Assembly (NCBI GenBank): GCA_041736305.1
Contig: JBGSTX010000002.1
Coordinates: 1 to 60,067 of the forward strand
Direction of reading: 5' to 3'
Length of the DNA stretch: 60,067 nucleotides
Source: Oligoflexus sp.
GTDB lineage: Bacteria > Bdellovibrionota_B > Oligoflexia > Oligoflexales > Oligoflexaceae
The notes beneath the pieces are model-generated. The model did not search any database and had not been told where the DNA came from. It saw only the letters and a list, made by a program, of their open reading frames with translations. Each line of letters begins with the position of its first letter. Within the stretch, counting starts at the first letter, position 1. This document shows positions 36,847 to 46,799 of this stretch, one piece after another. Both the position numbers and the translations under genes were made by a program.

Positions 36847-37689
36847 ATGTCCAGCGACGTAACGACGAAGATCAAAGGTCTGGATGCATTCCAGGCAAAG
36901 TTCATAGAGTTTTTGTCGAAGGTCTCGCAGAATCCCAAACCCATCTTCGCTGGACTGGGACTTCTACTAGCAGCTCTTGCAATTGCTTATGGAGTATCGA
37001 CCTTTGTTTCAAAAAAGCAGGAAAACCGTCGCGTAGAACTGTCGAAAATCGATTTGGTTTTTGATGAGGAAATAAAGAACCTCAGCCAGCAGCGCGAAGC
37101 TCTCGAGAAGAAGAGGGCCGCACTCCAGGCTACCCCCATCAATCCCGAAGCTAAGCAAGCAGAAGCAGAAGCAGTACCCGCCGCTGAAACGCCCGAAGTC
37201 AAAGCTCTCGGTGAGCAGATTCAGGCCCTGAAGCCAGATCACAAAAAATCCTCGGGACTCTATCAAGAATTCTACAATAAATACCCGACCAGCGCCGAAG
37301 GCATGTTGGCAGGGATCCGCTATGCGGCTTACGTAGCAACGGAAGAAAAGAAACTTGATGAGGCCCAGAAGGTCCTGGAGCAAGTCGTTGGTAATGCGCA
37401 GAAGCAGAACCTGACGATACTCGAAGTGCAAAGCTCCCTCCTGCTGATCTCTATCCTCGAAGACAAAGGCGAGTTCGACAAGGCTCTAGCCCAGACCGAC
37501 AGTCTGATGAAGAACTCGTTTTCCGAATTGAAACCGACTGTGCTTCTCAGCCAGGCACAGATTCACTTTATGAAAAAAGACTATGCAAAAACGCAAGAAA
37601 CTCTGAATAAACTTCTGAGCGAGTATGCGAATAGCATGGAAGCGGAACGCGCCAAAAACCTCTTGGCACTAGTCCCGCAGCAAGGATAG
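36847..37689 (+). CDS. YfgM-like TPR membrane protein
   Basis: Single N-terminal TM, coiled coil, YP...EG and TPR helices; directly upstream of a bamB-like gene. Confidence 0.75.
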   Translation: MSSDVTTKIKGLDAFQAKFIEFLSKVSQNPKPIFAGLGLLLAALAIAYGVSTFVSKKQENRRVELSKIDLVFDEEIKNLSQQREALEKKRAALQATPINPEAKQAEAEAVPAAETPEVKALGEQIQALKPDHKKSSGLYQEFYNKYPTSAEGMLAGIRYAAYVATEEKKLDEAQKVLEQVVGNAQKQNLTILEVQSSLLLISILEDKGEFDKALAQTDSLMKNSFSELKPTVLLSQAQIHFMKKDYAKTQETLNKLLSEYANSMEAERAKNLLALVPQQG

Positions 37690-37692
37690 ATC

Positions 37693-38859
37693 GTGATATT
37701 TAGGTTCATAGCTCTCGTTTCCGTCTTATGTGCCCCTATTGCTTCCCTGCGAGCCGCAGAGAAGAATCCCTGCGAACCAGCAGGGGCTAAAGCCGAAGCG
37801 GGGACAGATAAGGTCACCAGCGAGGCCGGTTGCCGCCCTTTTAGAACGGGCTTTCTCAAGCTGGCGCCTGAACTCGATATGACCAAACCTCTGGGGATGA
37901 TCGACGAAGCCGGCTGGAGCGTCGCCTCGAATCTACTGATTGGTTCTATCGATCCTTCGTGGGTGGTTGGCTATGAGCTGAGCAAGAAGAAAGTAGCCTG
38001 GTGGCTGAAGACCGATACGGATCTTACAGCGCCCATAGAAATACTAGGTAGCTGGGCCCTGCTCGCCCTCCGCGATGGCCGTATTCTCAAAGTCGAGACA
38101 AAAACAGGCAAGGTCGTGTGGGAGGCCAGGCTCAACCGCTTTGTTTCATCTCGTATGGCCCTATCCGGGACCACCTTGCTGGCTTACACGGTCGACCAGA
38201 AGCTATTCGGTCTGGATTTTCAGTCAGGTCAGAATCTCTGGGTCTATGATGGAGGATTGCCTAGCGCGTTGCTCCTGCGAAGCGCAGCCGGTCCGGTCGT
38301 TTCGGGCAACGACGTTTACATCGGAACCTCAGAAGGTGAGGTCCATGCCGTGGCTTTGGCTACAGGCAAAGAACTCTGGCGCATGGACGCCGGAGGTGAG
38401 GACGCTCGTTTTCGCGATGTGGTAGGCGATATAGGCATTGGTCAACATCAGATCTACGTAACGCGTAACGATGGGACTGTTTTTGCTCTCGATACTTTAT
38501 CCCGACCTTCGGAGCCACTCTGGAAGGAAAAGTTTCCGAGCATCACAAGTTCAGCCTATAGAGATGGAACCCTCTACGTCGGCTGCTTAAATGGTGACCT
38601 CATCGCTCTTCAAGCCGTTTCTGGTCGACAGCTTTGGAAGGTCAATCTCGGGCAGTCCGTAAAGTCTCTGACTATCGGTGAAAGTGCTATTTTCGTCGGT
38701 GGGAGCCAGGGGAGGGTCACAGCCCTCTCGAATGCAAGCGGCGGCCTACTCTGGCACGACGATCTGCGAGGAATCCTCACCCGTCAACCGGTGGTAGTCG
38801 ACGAGCAGATCTACTTTGCAACAGGTCTTAAGGTTCTCTACGGTTACAAAATTCTATAA
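37693..38859 (+). CDS. bamB: BamB-like PQQ-repeat beta-propeller
   Basis: Repeats of the A(L/V)...(T/S)G...W type; RFRDVVG motif; yfgM synteny. Confidence 0.78.
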   Translation: MIFRFIALVSVLCAPIASLRAAEKNPCEPAGAKAEAGTDKVTSEAGCRPFRTGFLKLAPELDMTKPLGMIDEAGWSVASNLLIGSIDPSWVVGYELSKKKVAWWLKTDTDLTAPIEILGSWALLALRDGRILKVETKTGKVVWEARLNRFVSSRMALSGTTLLAYTVDQKLFGLDFQSGQNLWVYDGGLPSALLLRSAAGPVVSGNDVYIGTSEGEVHAVALATGKELWRMDAGGEDARFRDVVGDIGIGQHQIYVTRNDGTVFALDTLSRPSEPLWKEKFPSITSSAYRDGTLYVGCLNGDLIALQAVSGRQLWKVNLGQSVKSLTIGESAIFVGGSQGRVTALSNASGGLLWHDDLRGILTRQPVVVDEQIYFATGLKVLYGYKIL

Positions 38860-38866
38860 AAGTCGC

Positions 38867-39985
38867 CTAGGTTAGATCCGCGCGACCTTGAGCCTTCAGC
38901 TGCTCTACTATCTTCTTTACATCCTGTGCCCGATCTTTCGGGCACACGAGGATGGCTCCTTCCGAGCAAACCACAACAATATCTTTGACACCTAGACAGG
39001 CTACCAGGGGAGCATCGCTGTCGACAGTGACTCCTTCGCAGTCTATCGCGGTCACCTTTCCAAAGAATAAGTTGCCCTGGGCATCAGGAGTAAACGAGTC
39101 GTCCAAGGCATCCCAGCTGCCCACATCTTTCCAACCTATGTCTGCTTCGAGGACAACCACACGCTGACTCTTCTCCAGTACCGCCGGATCAATGGCGATG
39201 CTGGGGAGCTTGGCATAAGCGGCGGCGAACTTTGCCGCTGGAATCGCTCCGAAGCTAGCAGCATTATCCGCGCCCTCGAGTTCATAGAGAGGCTTCAAGG
39301 CTTCAGGAAGAAAGGTCTCGAGCTCTTCCCTGATCACGTCGGTGCGCCAAGCAAATATGCCCGAGTTCCAAAGAAAGCGTCCGCTTTTTACATACTGATC
39401 GGCCAGGTCCTTAGCTGGTTTTTCTCTAAAGCTCTTTACCTTGAAAGTCGAACCTAGGTGGGCTAGATGAGTCGATTTCTCTATATAGCCGTAGCCTGTT
39501 TCTGGGTAGGAGGGCGTTATACCTAAGAGACCAAGAAAATTTTCTTGAGCTGCTGCTACCATAGAGTGGACCGCCTGGTGAAAAGCGCTGAGGTTTTTCA
39601 CCAGCGCATCGGCATGTAGGGAGATTATGATGGGTTTTGCGATCTTTTTTGCATGTGCGAGCTTATCGATTTCTAAAGCCGCCAAGGCCAAGGCCGGAGC
39701 CGTATTCTTCGCCATAGGTTCAGCGATGAAGTTGGCGCAAAGCGTTCCCGCCAGCTCCCGAGTCTTCTGCATCTGATCCTTGTGGGTCACGATCAAACGG
39801 CGTTCAGCGGGTACGAGCCCATCTAAACGATTTAAGGTCAGCTCGAGCATCGTGAGTTCGCTATCACCAATTTTACATAGCTGTTTTGGCTGAAGATGAC
39901 GGGATTTTGGCCAAAAACGAGTGCCGCTGCCACCGGCCAATATAACGGCATAAACATTTGCTGGTAAGAGGGTGGGGTGCTGCAT
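38867..39985 (-). CDS. manC: Mannose-1-phosphate guanylyltransferase
   Basis: LAGGSGTRFWPKSR..PKQ, EP..KNTAPA, ETGYGYI, FREKP, WNSG, W.DVGSW. Confidence 0.95.
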   Translation of the reverse strand: MQHPTLLPANVYAVILAGGSGTRFWPKSRHLQPKQLCKIGDSELTMLELTLNRLDGLVPAERRLIVTHKDQMQKTRELAGTLCANFIAEPMAKNTAPALALAALEIDKLAHAKKIAKPIIISLHADALVKNLSAFHQAVHSMVAAAQENFLGLLGITPSYPETGYGYIEKSTHLAHLGSTFKVKSFREKPAKDLADQYVKSGRFLWNSGIFAWRTDVIREELETFLPEALKPLYELEGADNAASFGAIPAAKFAAAYAKLPSIAIDPAVLEKSQRVVVLEADIGWKDVGSWDALDDSFTPDAQGNLFFGKVTAIDCEGVTVDSDAPLVACLGVKDIVVVCSEGAILVCPKDRAQDVKKIVEQLKAQGRADLT

Positions 39986-40081
39986 TCGTTCCTCCTCGTT
40001 CGGCTGCTACTCTTATTTTGGACGAACCCGCCTCTCGCCTTGAGCTCCTGTTTTTGAGACAGCTTCTAGTTCGAGCAGCTT

Positions 40082-41452
40082 CTAGCGCTCAGCAGGAAGT
40101 TCAAGGGGCCTTAAAGAGCAGACATTGTAATCCGCTACCTGCGAAAGGAGAAGGTTCTTTTTCAGGAACTCAGCCATAGCTCGCAGATGAAGAGGCGCAG
40201 TGGGGAAGGCCGTCAGTGCATCAGCTATTTCGATGCCAAAATTCCGAATGACCTGTGCTTCATCAGGTCCAGTCTCTTGCAGCTGACGGAAAGTATCGTT
40301 GTATATCGAAACCAACCACCAGAGGCTATAGGGCAGCAAGGGACTTTGAGCCTGCTTCGAACTATACTCCTGCCACTGATCGATGAGCTTCTCGGCCTCG
40401 CCACTCAGCTCGAGATCGCGCCAGGATTCTTGGGCTGCGTCCCCTGGATGTCTCTCGTCGATGAGAGCCAGATGACTTACCGGATAATCGAACGCGTTGT
40501 AATCCACCTCTGAATTTATCTGCTGAAAATTAGGATTTTGCATGTGCTCGGCGTCTAGGCTGATGGCGTAGAGATTGGAAAAGCGGTAGAAATCTTTAGG
40601 ATTTAGTCCCTTTTTCTGCGTGGCTTGAGCAGCCAGAACGTAGAGCAGCTGCGGGTCTTCACTGATGTGGGAAATCGATAAATAAAAGCTAGCGTCAGGA
40701 GCTGCATTGGGCCAGATCTTATCTTTCAGCTTTGGAAAGATGTTGTGGATGGTCCCATCTTTCAGGTTCCAATAGTAGATACCATCCTCGTAGCGTTCCG
40801 AACCCTGAGCCGTATAAACCACTTCGGTTCCGCTCGGAAGCCAGAGGAATTCTTCAACCCCATCGTGAAACGAGATCAGCGAAAATCGCGGATCCTTGGG
40901 ATCACGAATCAGGAGAAAGCGGGTGCGCAGCTGAACATTGACTTCGAGGCGAGCGATGAGGCCGGTCGAAGCTGCCTGCAATCCTCCAAGAAATGCCCCT
41001 TGGTATATCATCGGCTGACTCAGATTGGGGAAGAGGGTTTGGAGACCTTGCGTCGCGGGTTCTAAACCGAAAAGAATCTGCTCGTCCGGAGGCGAAGTGA
41101 GAGTGTTTTCCATCGCATCAGAACTGAAGGACTTCAAGAGATAGGCGTTTTCGCGCAGCGGAAGATACTGAAGCCGCAGACCGTAGCTGTCGTAGGGGGT
41201 ATAGGGCTGCTGGTGCGAGTGGGCGTACAGCCTGATCTCCGCTAGAGAACCGGGCAGCCGATTGTTTTCTTTTTGGAAGGAGGCAATCCAATCTGCAGTC
41301 GTTTGCAGGTTGGCACCGACACTTGCCAGATGTAAGGGGCCGCCTGCTTCCGTGAGCGCTAAGCTCAGCAACCATAGAAGTGGAAGGAGGTGAACGAGCG
41401 AAGACTTGGGAAATCGCTGAATCGGCAAGGACGTTTGGGTATCTGTCGACAC
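40082..41452 (-). CDS. Hypothetical protein with an N-terminal GspG-like pseudopilin domain
   Basis: TM, then F.KENNRLPGSL...DSYG..LQY...YLLKSFSSD; later FLWLPSGTEVVY propeller-like segment; GTG start at 41452. Confidence 0.6.
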   Translation of the reverse strand: MSTDTQTSLPIQRFPKSSLVHLLPLLWLLSLALTEAGGPLHLASVGANLQTTADWIASFQKENNRLPGSLAEIRLYAHSHQQPYTPYDSYGLRLQYLPLRENAYLLKSFSSDAMENTLTSPPDEQILFGLEPATQGLQTLFPNLSQPMIYQGAFLGGLQAASTGLIARLEVNVQLRTRFLLIRDPKDPRFSLISFHDGVEEFLWLPSGTEVVYTAQGSERYEDGIYYWNLKDGTIHNIFPKLKDKIWPNAAPDASFYLSISHISEDPQLLYVLAAQATQKKGLNPKDFYRFSNLYAISLDAEHMQNPNFQQINSEVDYNAFDYPVSHLALIDERHPGDAAQESWRDLELSGEAEKLIDQWQEYSSKQAQSPLLPYSLWWLVSIYNDTFRQLQETGPDEAQVIRNFGIEIADALTAFPTAPLHLRAMAEFLKKNLLLSQVADYNVCSLRPLELPAER

Positions 41453-41622
41453 GTCGCCTCTTGGGACTTTTCTAAAGTCTATGCAATATAAGTGGTTGCA
41501 GCGAAGCGGACCATTTTTAGGGGTGCCTCGATCAGCTGCGACCACGGTCGTGTATAATGATAGGAGGACTCTTGTTCAAGGGTAGCATAAAACTGTCCAA
41601 AGACAATGATAAAGGCAATGAT

Positions 41623-42228
41623 ATGAGGCACTCGTCGCTCTCGCTCGCATTTTTGAGCAGTTTTCTCTTCAGCGCAAGCCTGTGGGCGGTTGAACTGGGC
41701 AACCTTTCGACCTTTCGCATGGGCGAAGATCCCTTGGGACCCGTCAGCGAACCAGCTGAAGTTGCCCGTGTCCGAGTGCCTATCAAGCTGACCAGCTATG
41801 AACAGGTGCTGGTCCAGAACCAGCATGGGGTCAGGCGTATCGAGGCCAAGGCGCTGGCTCCTGCAGATTATAATCTGCGAGCCACTATTAATCGGACCAA
41901 TCACTTCTATCTATCCGACTGGCACATCGAATCAGTTCCCATGCAGTGGGAAAAAGATCAGAAAATGTGGAAGGCCGAACTAAAGTTCTATAAGCGCTAT
42001 GGCCAAGAGCAAGAGCTTGAAGAATATGTCGGAACCTTGCCGATATCGGGACGCTTGCTCGGTGAGCCAAAAGACAAGGTCTACAAGTTCAGTGCCCAGT
42101 CGCGGCAGCAGTTCAATAACAAGCGAGGAAGTCCCTTGCTCATTATCGAAGTGGGCCGCAATCTGAGCGAGCCTAAGGGCAATGTTGCGAAGGGTAATAA
42201 GAATTCTAATTCACGCGGTGAATTCTAA
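41623..42228 (+). CDS. Hypothetical secreted protein
   Basis: Signal peptide ending LWA; beta-rich sequence. Confidence 0.7.
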   Translation: MRHSSLSLAFLSSFLFSASLWAVELGNLSTFRMGEDPLGPVSEPAEVARVRVPIKLTSYEQVLVQNQHGVRRIEAKALAPADYNLRATINRTNHFYLSDWHIESVPMQWEKDQKMWKAELKFYKRYGQEQELEEYVGTLPISGRLLGEPKDKVYKFSAQSRQQFNNKRGSPLLIIEVGRNLSEPKGNVAKGNKNSNSRGEF

Positions 42229-42593
42229 TCGCGGCAAGCAGCTTGGTCGTGCAGGATAAGAGGGCGGAGGCGGGTCTCGAGTTCAAGCCAAGCAGTCGCC
42301 ATATCCTGAGCAAGGCCCTCCTCAATCATAGTCTCTTGCAGTATCCTCTGACGCCTTAGGAAGTGCGGTGGTCTGATCCTCAGACTCTCGTGAACCTGTG
42401 TCAGAGGCCGCCCCTCATAAGTTTTAGGACCACCCAGAAGACCGCTGACAAATCCTAGCTGCATTTCGACGAGCTGGCTGTGATCACTATTCCAAAAGAA
42501 ATGCGCCAGCATAGGATCGACCAAACATCTCTCATAGAAAACTTCAACAATGCGTCTGATCTTCTGGGGACCGATCTCGTCGTAGAGGGACAT
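42225..42593 (-). CDS. Group I truncated hemoglobin (GlbN-like)
   Basis: SLYDEIG, FYER...DPMLAHFF, LGGP..YEGR.L..VH, HF. Confidence 0.9.
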   Translation of the reverse strand: MSLYDEIGPQKIRRIVEVFYERCLVDPMLAHFFWNSDHSQLVEMQLGFVSGLLGGPKTYEGRPLTQVHESLRIRPPHFLRRQRILQETMIEEGLAQDMATAWLELETRLRPLILHDQAACRD

Positions 42594-42611
42594 GAGCCAA
42601 CTCCTAGCGGA

Positions 42612-43997
42612 TCAAGAAGCTCCAAATTCACGCTGCTCCTGCTCCTCGGCTTTGTCGCGGAAGAAGACGCGAAGAGGAATGTTCCCGAAATTAAGGTCCT
42701 GCCTGAATCGTTTGACGAGATAGCGCTTGTAAGATTCCTGAATCTCATCAGCGACATTGCACTTGATGATAATCGTCGGCGGTCGACTGCTGACCTGCGT
42801 CGCAAAGTAGAATTTTACGCGCTTGTTGTATCGCTTAACGAGCGCGGGGGTATGCTCCCTGATAGCCTGCTGCAAGGTCTCGTTGAGTTTCGCAGTTGGT
42901 ATACGCCGGCTGTAAGCCGTGCTCAGCTCTTCAACCATGGCCATGATTTTATGAATGCGCTGATTTTCGGTACAGGATGTGAATAGTACCGGCGTAAACG
43001 AGATGTCTTTGAGCCGCTCATGGATCGCCCGCTCGTAGTCACGGGCCGAGTTGGTTTCCTTATTGGGGATAAGGTCCCACTTATTGACGACGATGAGTAT
43101 CGGCTTATATTTTTCTGCAGCTAGCGCTGCGAGACGGCAGTCCTGATCAGAAAGGCCTTCATCGGCGGCTAGTACCAGAATAACGATGTCGGAGTCTTCG
43201 ATCGCCCGAAGAGCTCGCATGACACTAAGGCCTTCGATGCGGTCGAAGATCTTCTTGCGTCGGCGAATGCCGGCGGTGTCGAGAAGCACATAAGGCTTTT
43301 TGTTGAAGCTAATGGCGGTATCGATGGGATCCCGCGTTGTCCCAGCCACTTCGCTGACCAGAGAGCGCTCTTCACCAACCAGGCGGTTGAGAATCGATGA
43401 CTTGCCGGCATTCGGTCGGCCGATCAAGGCGATTTTGGTCGCGTCTTTATCGTGAATCCTGACCTTTTGCAAACCGTTGATGTGGCGAAGACGGCTTTCG
43501 ATATGCTCGGACAGTTCCCAGATGCCTCGGCTGTGCGCCGAGCTGCAAAGGAAGAATTTTTCGATCCCGAGTTCATAGAAATCCCAGGATAAGACTTCAT
43601 GTTCCGGGCTATCGACTTTGTTCACTACATAGACCACGGGCTTTTGCAACTCTTTCAGAAACTGCACCAGCTCGCGGTCGTGGGGATGCAGACCGGCTTT
43701 CGCATCAAAGACCATCATGACGACGTCGGCTTCACGAATCGCCATCTCCGTCTGTTCCCAAACGATGTTCTTGGCGAAGGGCTGATAGTAGAGTTCTTTA
43801 GTCTCAAAACCGCCAGTATCGATGAGCCCATAGCCGCCTTCATCGTCAAATACCGATTCGACAGTTCCGTAGAGCCTATCGCGCGTGACACCAGGGCGGT
43901 CATCGATCAAAGCCTGAGTGCTTCGCGTCATTTTATTAAAGAGGGTCGATTTGCCGACATTGGGCCGACCGACTATGGCAACGATCCCTTCGAGCAT
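42612..43997 (-). CDS. der: Ribosome biogenesis GTPase Der (EngA)
   Basis: Two G domains (GRPNVGKS, GRPNAGKS), GVTRD/GTTRD, C-terminal KH-like domain. Confidence 0.98.
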   Translation of the reverse strand: MLEGIVAIVGRPNVGKSTLFNKMTRSTQALIDDRPGVTRDRLYGTVESVFDDEGGYGLIDTGGFETKELYYQPFAKNIVWEQTEMAIREADVVMMVFDAKAGLHPHDRELVQFLKELQKPVVYVVNKVDSPEHEVLSWDFYELGIEKFFLCSSAHSRGIWELSEHIESRLRHINGLQKVRIHDKDATKIALIGRPNAGKSSILNRLVGEERSLVSEVAGTTRDPIDTAISFNKKPYVLLDTAGIRRRKKIFDRIEGLSVMRALRAIEDSDIVILVLAADEGLSDQDCRLAALAAEKYKPILIVVNKWDLIPNKETNSARDYERAIHERLKDISFTPVLFTSCTENQRIHKIMAMVEELSTAYSRRIPTAKLNETLQQAIREHTPALVKRYNKRVKFYFATQVSSRPPTIIIKCNVADEIQESYKRYLVKRFRQDLNFGNIPLRVFFRDKAEEQEQREFGAS

Positions 43998-44097
43998 GGT
44001 TGTATCCTTGTCTTTCTTTCGCTATCGCTTTAGGTGCCGAAGAGCATTTGCTGGGTCCTTGCAGTTTGCCCGGGTCTGGGGGACGGCTGCTGACGAC

Positions 44098-44883
44098 TTA
44101 GCTCATACTCTCAAATCCAAGTTGTAAGGCATCTTTCCAAATTTGAAGTGCTGCCCTGGCAGCTTCCTGAGAGGCCGATTTTTTTGAGGGGCCGTGGCCC
44201 ATGCCGAGGCTGCGCCCACGGAACAGGACCTCAACAGAAAAGTCCAGTTGATGGTCTGGCCCGTCCCGTTTGATGACCTTATACACCGGAGCTTCCTTGA
44301 ATGCACCTTGAGTCAGCTCTTGCAAGCGGCTCTTGTAATCCTGTTGCGTCAACTCCGTGAGAGATGAGGCGAGTAGCTCATGATAAAGATCCAAAATGAC
44401 GCGACGAACAGAATCGAAACCAGAATCTAGATATATTGCGCCAAAAAATGCTTCTAAAGCGTCGGCAAGTACCGAGTCTTTGGCACGACCTCCGGCTCGC
44501 TCTTCTCCCGGACCAAGCAGAAGACAGTCACCGATCTGGAGCAAGCGACTGATCCGCGCCAGAGTGCTTTCATTGACAAGTGAGGCTCTAATTTTAGAGA
44601 GTTGCCCTTCGGGAAAACCTTCAGGCCTTTGCAGAAGCTCTGAACTAAGAACCAAAGATAAGACAGAATCCCCAAGGAATTCAAGGCGTTCATTCCAGGG
44701 AATTTCAAAGTCGCGGGGTAAACGTTTCTGAATATAGCGGGCAGCGGAACTATGAGTCATAGACTCAAGGAGAAGTTGAGGTGTCCGAAAGGTGAAGTGA
44801 AGCCGCTCACAAAGCTGCTGCATCATTGTCACCTGGCTTGGGAATAAACCGAGCGCAAGCTCGAAAAGGTCTGAACTATTCAA
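44098..44883 (-). CDS. rnc: Ribonuclease III
   Basis: NERLEFLGDSVL, ADALEA, DYKSRLQE dsRBD. Confidence 0.97.
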   Translation of the reverse strand: MNSSDLFELALGLFPSQVTMMQQLCERLHFTFRTPQLLLESMTHSSAARYIQKRLPRDFEIPWNERLEFLGDSVLSLVLSSELLQRPEGFPEGQLSKIRASLVNESTLARISRLLQIGDCLLLGPGEERAGGRAKDSVLADALEAFFGAIYLDSGFDSVRRVILDLYHELLASSLTELTQQDYKSRLQELTQGAFKEAPVYKVIKRDGPDHQLDFSVEVLFRGRSLGMGHGPSKKSASQEAARAALQIWKDALQLGFESMS

Positions 44884-44937
44884 AGCTTAAGACTCCCCGC
44901 AGGTAGACAAAAATTCGAATTCTGGTTCGAATGCGCC

Positions 44938-44965
44938 ATTATAGGTAGGAAATGAAAAGATTCAA
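44938..44965 (-). promoter_or_regulatory. Sigma70-type promoter for rnc-der-globin
   Basis: TTGAAT-N16-TATAAT on the minus strand. Confidence 0.55.
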
Positions 44966-45064
44966 GGGTTTCTTCTTAGTTTCATAGAGTCAGCTGCTAC
45001 TCGTGAATGTAGGGTGGCGGAGAGCGTATGCTATGCTTAAAATGACGTGGATATGAAATGAGGT

Positions 45065-46099
45065 GTGGGTGTGCAAGCTTTGAAGAAGTGCGCCATTTTA
45101 ATTTTTTTCTTGGCTGCCGCTGCAGGGGTCGGGATTTTTTATTTATTGCCCCGTTGGGCTGAGCGTCCATTTCTAGTATCAGAGCCTCATGTCGTTCACC
45201 TCGATCGCGGGATGAAGCTGGCTGAATTTGCGGCTCAACTGGAAAGCGAAGGGCTCATCGACCACGCACTCACCTTTCGACTCTGGGTCAAGTTTCACAA
45301 GAACTACAATCGATTTCAAGCAGGAACCTATCGTTTCGAACGCTCCTTAAGTCCTCTTGAACTCACTGCGACAATTGAAGAAGGCAAGACTTGGGCACCC
45401 TTTGTTCTCCAGTTTGTTATTCCCGAAGGCTTTACCCTTAAGCAGGTGATTGAGCGACTCGAGGCGCGCAAGGTAGGGAGTCGCGCTGAACTTGAAAGGG
45501 CGGCGCGTAGTCCTGAGCTTCGCTCTCGCTATGGTATCAAAGGGAGCAATCTCGAAGGTTACCTCTATCCGGCCACCTACAGTTTCATCAGCATGCCTTC
45601 ACCGGCGGAGGCATTTGAGAAGATGCTGCAAACTTTTTTCGCAGCTCTACCACCCGGCTTTAAGGAACAGCTCCAAGCGAAGAGCTTGAGTCTGCACGAG
45701 GCCATTATCTTTGCCTCCCTGGTCGAGCGAGAGACACAAGTTGATGAAGAACGCCCCATGGTTTCAGAAGTTATTTGGAATCGATTGAAGAAAGGTGAGC
45801 CTCTCGGCATCGATGCGGGCTTGATCTATGGTATTAGTAACTATCAAGGAGACATTACTTGGCAGCACTTGCGCGACCGGAGCAATCCCTACAATAGCCG
45901 CATCCATAAAGGTTTACCGCCAACTCCTATAGGCGCCATATCGATGGAGTCGCTCTTGGCGGTGCTTACACCAACTCAGCTCGGCTATAATTTTTATGTT
46001 CTACGTAACGACGGCAGCCGTCGTCACCATTTTACAAAAACCCTCGCTGAACATAATGTCTTTGTAAAGCAGTTGATCGAGTCTTCGCGAAAAAACTAG
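45065..46099 (+). CDS. mltG: Endolytic transglycosylase MltG
   Basis: IPEG, EGYLYPATY, ASLVERE, SNPYNS...GLPPTPI; start may be GTG 45071. Confidence 0.95.
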   Translation: MGVQALKKCAILIFFLAAAAGVGIFYLLPRWAERPFLVSEPHVVHLDRGMKLAEFAAQLESEGLIDHALTFRLWVKFHKNYNRFQAGTYRFERSLSPLELTATIEEGKTWAPFVLQFVIPEGFTLKQVIERLEARKVGSRAELERAARSPELRSRYGIKGSNLEGYLYPATYSFISMPSPAEAFEKMLQTFFAALPPGFKEQLQAKSLSLHEAIIFASLVERETQVDEERPMVSEVIWNRLKKGEPLGIDAGLIYGISNYQGDITWQHLRDRSNPYNSRIHKGLPPTPIGAISMESLLAVLTPTQLGYNFYVLRNDGSRRHHFTKTLAEHNVFVKQLIESSRKN

Positions 46100-46134
46100 A
46101 ATGTCTCAAGACCACCGTACTATGAGGTGAACCC

Positions 46135-46569
46135 ATGGCAAGCAAAACGAAGACAGAGAAGAAGGGCACAGCAGCCCCCAAGCCTACTACTGAAGGGGCT
46201 TTGACCGAGGAACAGCAGAAGCAGGGTCGCGTGCATCATCGCGTTCCTGTCCAGCTTCTCGTCGACTACCGAGCCGACGGTCACTACCTCTTTGATTTTT
46301 GTCGCGATCTTGGAACCGGAGGGGTTTTTATCGAAACCCATAGTCCTTTAAGCCATGGTAGCGTGGTTGAACTGACTTTTACGCTTCCTGACTCCAAAGA
46401 AACTCTCGAAGCGCGCGGGCGAGTTATCTGGGTTCAGCAAGAAGTACCGGATAAGAATCCAGCTGGAATGGGCGTACAGTTTGAAGACTTTACTCCGGAA
46501 CAGCGGCGTCTTCTGCAAAACTTTGTAAATCGATATACAGGCCATGGCGGTTCGGACAAGTCGGCCTGA
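46135..46569 (+). CDS. PilZ-domain protein (TIGR02266-like)
   Basis: RxxxR (RVHHR), DLGTGGVFI, GMGVQF. Confidence 0.88.
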   Translation: MASKTKTEKKGTAAPKPTTEGALTEEQQKQGRVHHRVPVQLLVDYRADGHYLFDFCRDLGTGGVFIETHSPLSHGSVVELTFTLPDSKETLEARGRVIWVQQEVPDKNPAGMGVQFEDFTPEQRRLLQNFVNRYTGHGGSDKSA

Positions 46570-46799
46570 ATAGAGACTGAAGGTCTTTTATTCAAATAGG
46601 ATATAAGGCCGTAGGTGGGAAAAGCCGGACTTATTTGAGACAGCTTATGAGCCTACGAGCTTTTATCCGCTTTCATCCAGACGCTGCTCTGGACCCTCCA
46701 TTACTCTCAAAAACTGAAGCAAAGGCCACTCACGCCTGGCATTGAGCCAATCGTTCTGTTAGGATATCCCACGCTATTGAGTGTAAAGGGGGGACTAGC

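Noticed and set aside
42480-42986. 168-aa + strand ORF and similar long antisense ORFs (e.g. 55676-56332, 28513-29079)
   Set aside because: Shadow frames of well-conserved genes on the opposite strand, with no motifs of their own.
44913-44937. GGTTCGAAT as a tRNA T-loop or an RNase III autoregulatory stem
   Set aside because: No cloverleaf can be built, and the 7-bp inverted repeat is too short for RNase III.
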